NCBI GenBank assembly: GCA_903824595.1 | Contig: CAIJXH010000014.1 | Coordinates: forward strand, 12,005 to 76,004 | Source: an uncultured bacterium | GTDB lineage: Bacteria > Patescibacteriota > Minisyncoccia > Phycocordibacterales > UBA2100 | Length of the DNA stretch: 64,000 nucleotides | Reading direction: 5' to 3' | Shown: positions 62,014-64,000 of the stretch, piece after piece | Numbering within the stretch: the first letter of the stretch is position 1 | How the letters are laid out: each line of letters begins with the position of its first letter | The notes under the pieces: generated by a model | The model's input: the letters and a program-made list of their open reading frames with translations, nothing else | The model's database searches: none | What the model was told of the DNA's origin: nothing | Made by a program: the position numbers and the translations under genes

Positions 62014-62589
62014 ATGCGGATCGTTGTATTCGACATTGAAACCACAAACTGGCTCGCCGACACTGGCTCTAGCGACCCCGCAAGTCTCACCATAGCGCTT
62101 GTAGGTATACATGATTCAGAAACAGGATACTCAAGTTACATAGAACAAGATCTTCCGAAATTGTGGCCGATTATCGAGCGAACTGACGTGCTTATCGGGT
62201 GGAATTCCGACCACTTCGATATTCCCCTCCTAAACAAATATTACCCGGGCGATCTCACTCGTATAAAAAGTGTTGATCTCATGAAAGAATTCCAACCATT
62301 TGTTGGCAGACGATTGAAACTCGACGCAGTTGCAGAAGGCACACTCAAAGATAAAAAACTAGACGGAAAAGGCGGGCAATCAATCATATGGTGGCGTAAC
62401 GGCGAGGTCGAAAAAGTGCGCGAATACTGCCTCAAAGACGTCGAGCTCACCAAGAAAATCTTTGACTACGCACTCGAGAAGAAAAGTATAAAATATGCGG
62501 AACTCGGCTCCATACGCGAGGTAAAAATCGACACCTCAAAATGGCTTATTGCGGACACCAAACCAATGACGTTTTCATTGGGATTTTGA
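62014..62589 (+). CDS. DEDD-type 3'-5' exonuclease (RNase H-like fold)
   Basis: Exo I VFDIETT, Exo II LIGWNSDHFDIPLL, and Exo III YCLKDVELTKKIFDY (DEDDy). Confidence 0.65.
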   Translation: MRIVVFDIETTNWLADTGSSDPASLTIALVGIHDSETGYSSYIEQDLPKLWPIIERTDVLIGWNSDHFDIPLLNKYYPGDLTRIKSVDLMKEFQPFVGRRLKLDAVAEGTLKDKKLDGKGGQSIIWWRNGEVEKVREYCLKDVELTKKIFDYALEKKSIKYAELGSIREVKIDTSKWLIADTKPMTFSLGF

Positions 62590-62647
62590 AGTTAGCGTAC
62601 TCACTCGATACATTGCAAAAAAGAGGACGAACATTGCGACATACTGA

Positions 62648-62785
62648 CTAAACGCCATCACTACCTCCCTCTCTGTCTGGCGAGATACTGTATGCAAATG
62701 TGAAGAATGTCACGTGCCAGACAAACAACACAATGACGCTCAACGCGTCGGACGTCTGAAATGTTCTCGCAACAGCATCACTCAT
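62648..62785 (-). CDS. Candidate small membrane protein of 45 aa immediately downstream of palindrome copy E
   Basis: MSDAVARTFQTSDALSVIVLFVWHVTFFTFAYSISPDREGGSDGV contains one predicted TM helix. A 3-codon uORF (ATG GAG CGA TGA) starts at the AAGGAATG of the palindrome and overlaps this ATG. It was not in the ORF track because it is under 60 aa. Confidence 0.2.
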   Translation of the reverse strand: MSDAVARTFQTSDALSVIVLFVWHVTFFTFAYSISPDREGGSDGV

Positions 62786-62792
62786 CGCTCCA

Positions 62793-62826
62793 TTCCTTAT
62801 TTCCTACGACCGTGGAAAATAAGGAA
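62793..62826. repeat. Copy E of the 34-bp palindromic repeat
   Basis: TTCCTTATTTCC-TACGACCGTGG-AAAATAAGGAA. Confidence 0.7.
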
Positions 62827-62868
62827 TTGTATGGGTGCAGGATTATGAGAATTCGGATGAATGTAGAT

Positions 62869-62951
62869 GTGAACACGATACAATGTAAAGAAATAGGCAA
62901 AAAAATAAATGACCGCCAAGCTTGCAGCAAGGCGGTCGCCAAGGATCATTC
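62869..62951 (-). repeat. Copy 2 of the intergenic repeat module, reverse orientation. It includes the lysS terminator hairpin.
   Basis: The reverse complement reads GAATGATC...GACCGCCTTGCTGCAAGCTTGGCGGTC ATTTATTTTTTTGCCTATTTCTTTAC.TTG...CGTGTTCAC. It matches 6586-6684 block for block. Confidence 0.6.
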
Positions 62952-64000
62952 TATTCTGGGTCGCAAAAGCGGGAACAGCTGACATTCGTGAATGGGTTTG
63001 TTTTCGAGGAACGAGAAGAGGCGCTCGGATACACCGAAGCCGAACGCCGGCGGCATGCCGTATTCCATGGCGCTCACGTATTCGGTGTCGAGGCGCTGCG
63101 CTTCGTCGTCGCCGGCGTCGCGGAGCTTTTGCTGCTCTTCGAAACGCGCGCGCTGGTCGAGCGGGTCGTTGAGCTCACTGAATCCTTTTCCCATCTCCGA
63201 TCCCGCCATCACGATTTGGATTCGATCCACCGTATCGGGATTGTCCTTATGACGCTTTGCCAACGGTTCCAAAAATACGGGAATCCCCGTCAAAAATACC
63301 GGCCCGGAAATCCGTTTGCGAATCTTTTTCCACAGATGATCGACGGCGCGAGATTTGTTTGGTGTTTCGGTAAACACAATGCGCGCGTCTTTTGCCACCG
63401 CGATTGCTTCTTCTTCACTGCACGTCAGCGGATGCAGACCGAATTCTTTTTGAATCCGTTCACTAAAATCAATGACCTTCCATTCGTCAGCAAAATCTAC
63501 GGTGTGCTCGCCTATTTCAAACGTGTATTTTCCATACACTTCTTTCGCAATATGACGATACAAATCCTGCAAGAATTTTTTGCCGTACTCCGCATCGGCG
63601 TATGCTTCATAACTTTCTATCTGCGTGTAATCCTGCAAATGTTCGCGCGACTGCCCTTCGTTGCGGAAGATGCGCCCGATCTCAAACACTTTCGGAAAAC
63701 CAGCCACGAGCAGGCGCTTCTGCCACAGCTCGCCACAGGAGATGCGGAGGTACACGTCGATATCGAGAGCGTTGTGATGCGTGGCAAAAGGACGCGCATC
63801 GGCGCCACCGGGCATGGATTCCAAGACAGGCGTCTCCACTTCGGTAAATCCGCGCGCAATGTAAAATTGTCGGATCGCGTTCCAAAATTTGCTTTTGCGC
63901 TCAAACATCGCGCGTAGCTCGTGATCGAGCAGAATCGCCACGTCGCGCTCGCGCTGTTTCTTTTCTTCATCTTTGAGTCCAAACCATTCGTCGGGAATCG
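62946..64000 (-). CDS. lysS: Lysyl-tRNA synthetase, class II. Partial: the N-terminal part runs off the window.
   Basis: Class II motifs 2 and 3 (FEIGRIFRNEG, and a GxGxGxxR-like motif at the C-terminus). The ORF remains open at position 64000. Confidence 0.85.
   Translation of the reverse strand, partial: IPDEWFGLKDEEKKQRERDVAILLDHELRAMFERKSKFWNAIRQFYIARGFTEVETPVLESMPGGADARPFATHHNALDIDVYLRISCGELWQKRLLVAGFPKVFEIGRIFRNEGQSREHLQDYTQIESYEAYADAEYGKKFLQDLYRHIAKEVYGKYTFEIGEHTVDFADEWKVIDFSERIQKEFGLHPLTCSEEEAIAVAKDARIVFTETPNKSRAVDHLWKKIRKRISGPVFLTGIPVFLEPLAKRHKDNPDTVDRIQIVMAGSEMGKGFSELNDPLDQRARFEEQQKLRDAGDDEAQRLDTEYVSAMEYGMPPAFGFGVSERLFSFLENKPIHECQLFPLLRPRIE

Overview
This 64-kb window looks like a gene-dense segment of a small-genome, standard-code bacterium, roughly 50-55% GC, with GC-rich patches near 5.9-6.5 kb and 34.3-39.7 kb and an AT-rich patch near 30-32.7 kb. 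It may be Patescibacteria/CPR-like, but the lineage cannot be assigned from sequence alone. Most of the window is core housekeeping. These genes include thrA-asd-gdhA, murG, gltX, ribosomal proteins L27 and L9, ctpA, corA and cysS. There is a complete F1Fo ATP synthase operon, atpBEFHAGDC, on the minus strand with truncated delta and epsilon subunits. A thymidylate/folate cluster holds folA-thyA-dcd with divergent tmk-glyA. The remaining core genes are rpoD, dnaG, tRNA-Ala and tRNA-Arg, prs, rpoC-rpoB, hisS and a partial lysS. I found no transposase, integrase, CRISPR array or rRNA. The structures I would look at first are the following.
- A 34-bp near-perfect palindromic repeat (TTCCTTATTTCC-TACGGCCGTG-GGAAATAAGGAA) occurs five times in intergenic DNA. 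Two copies bracket a small PaaX-like winged-helix regulator, and two copies sit inside a longer duplicated module of about 80-240 bp containing a terminator hairpin.
- A GC-rich islet (34.34-35.74 kb) has a consensus sigma70 promoter, an unexplained leader of about 535 nt, an orphan 238-aa protein and its own terminator.
- A GC-rich HAD / ABC-2 exporter / ATP-grasp ligase cluster.
- An AT-rich segment carries a methyltransferase and an orphan multi-TM histidine kinase, opposite an operon of secreted and membrane proteins.
- A bacterial SET-domain protein.
- A DsbB plus VKOR-type thioredoxin pair together with a large Cys-rich secreted protein.
- A GH114 glycosidase.
All functional calls rest on recognisable motifs in the translated ORFs. 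No database search was possible.
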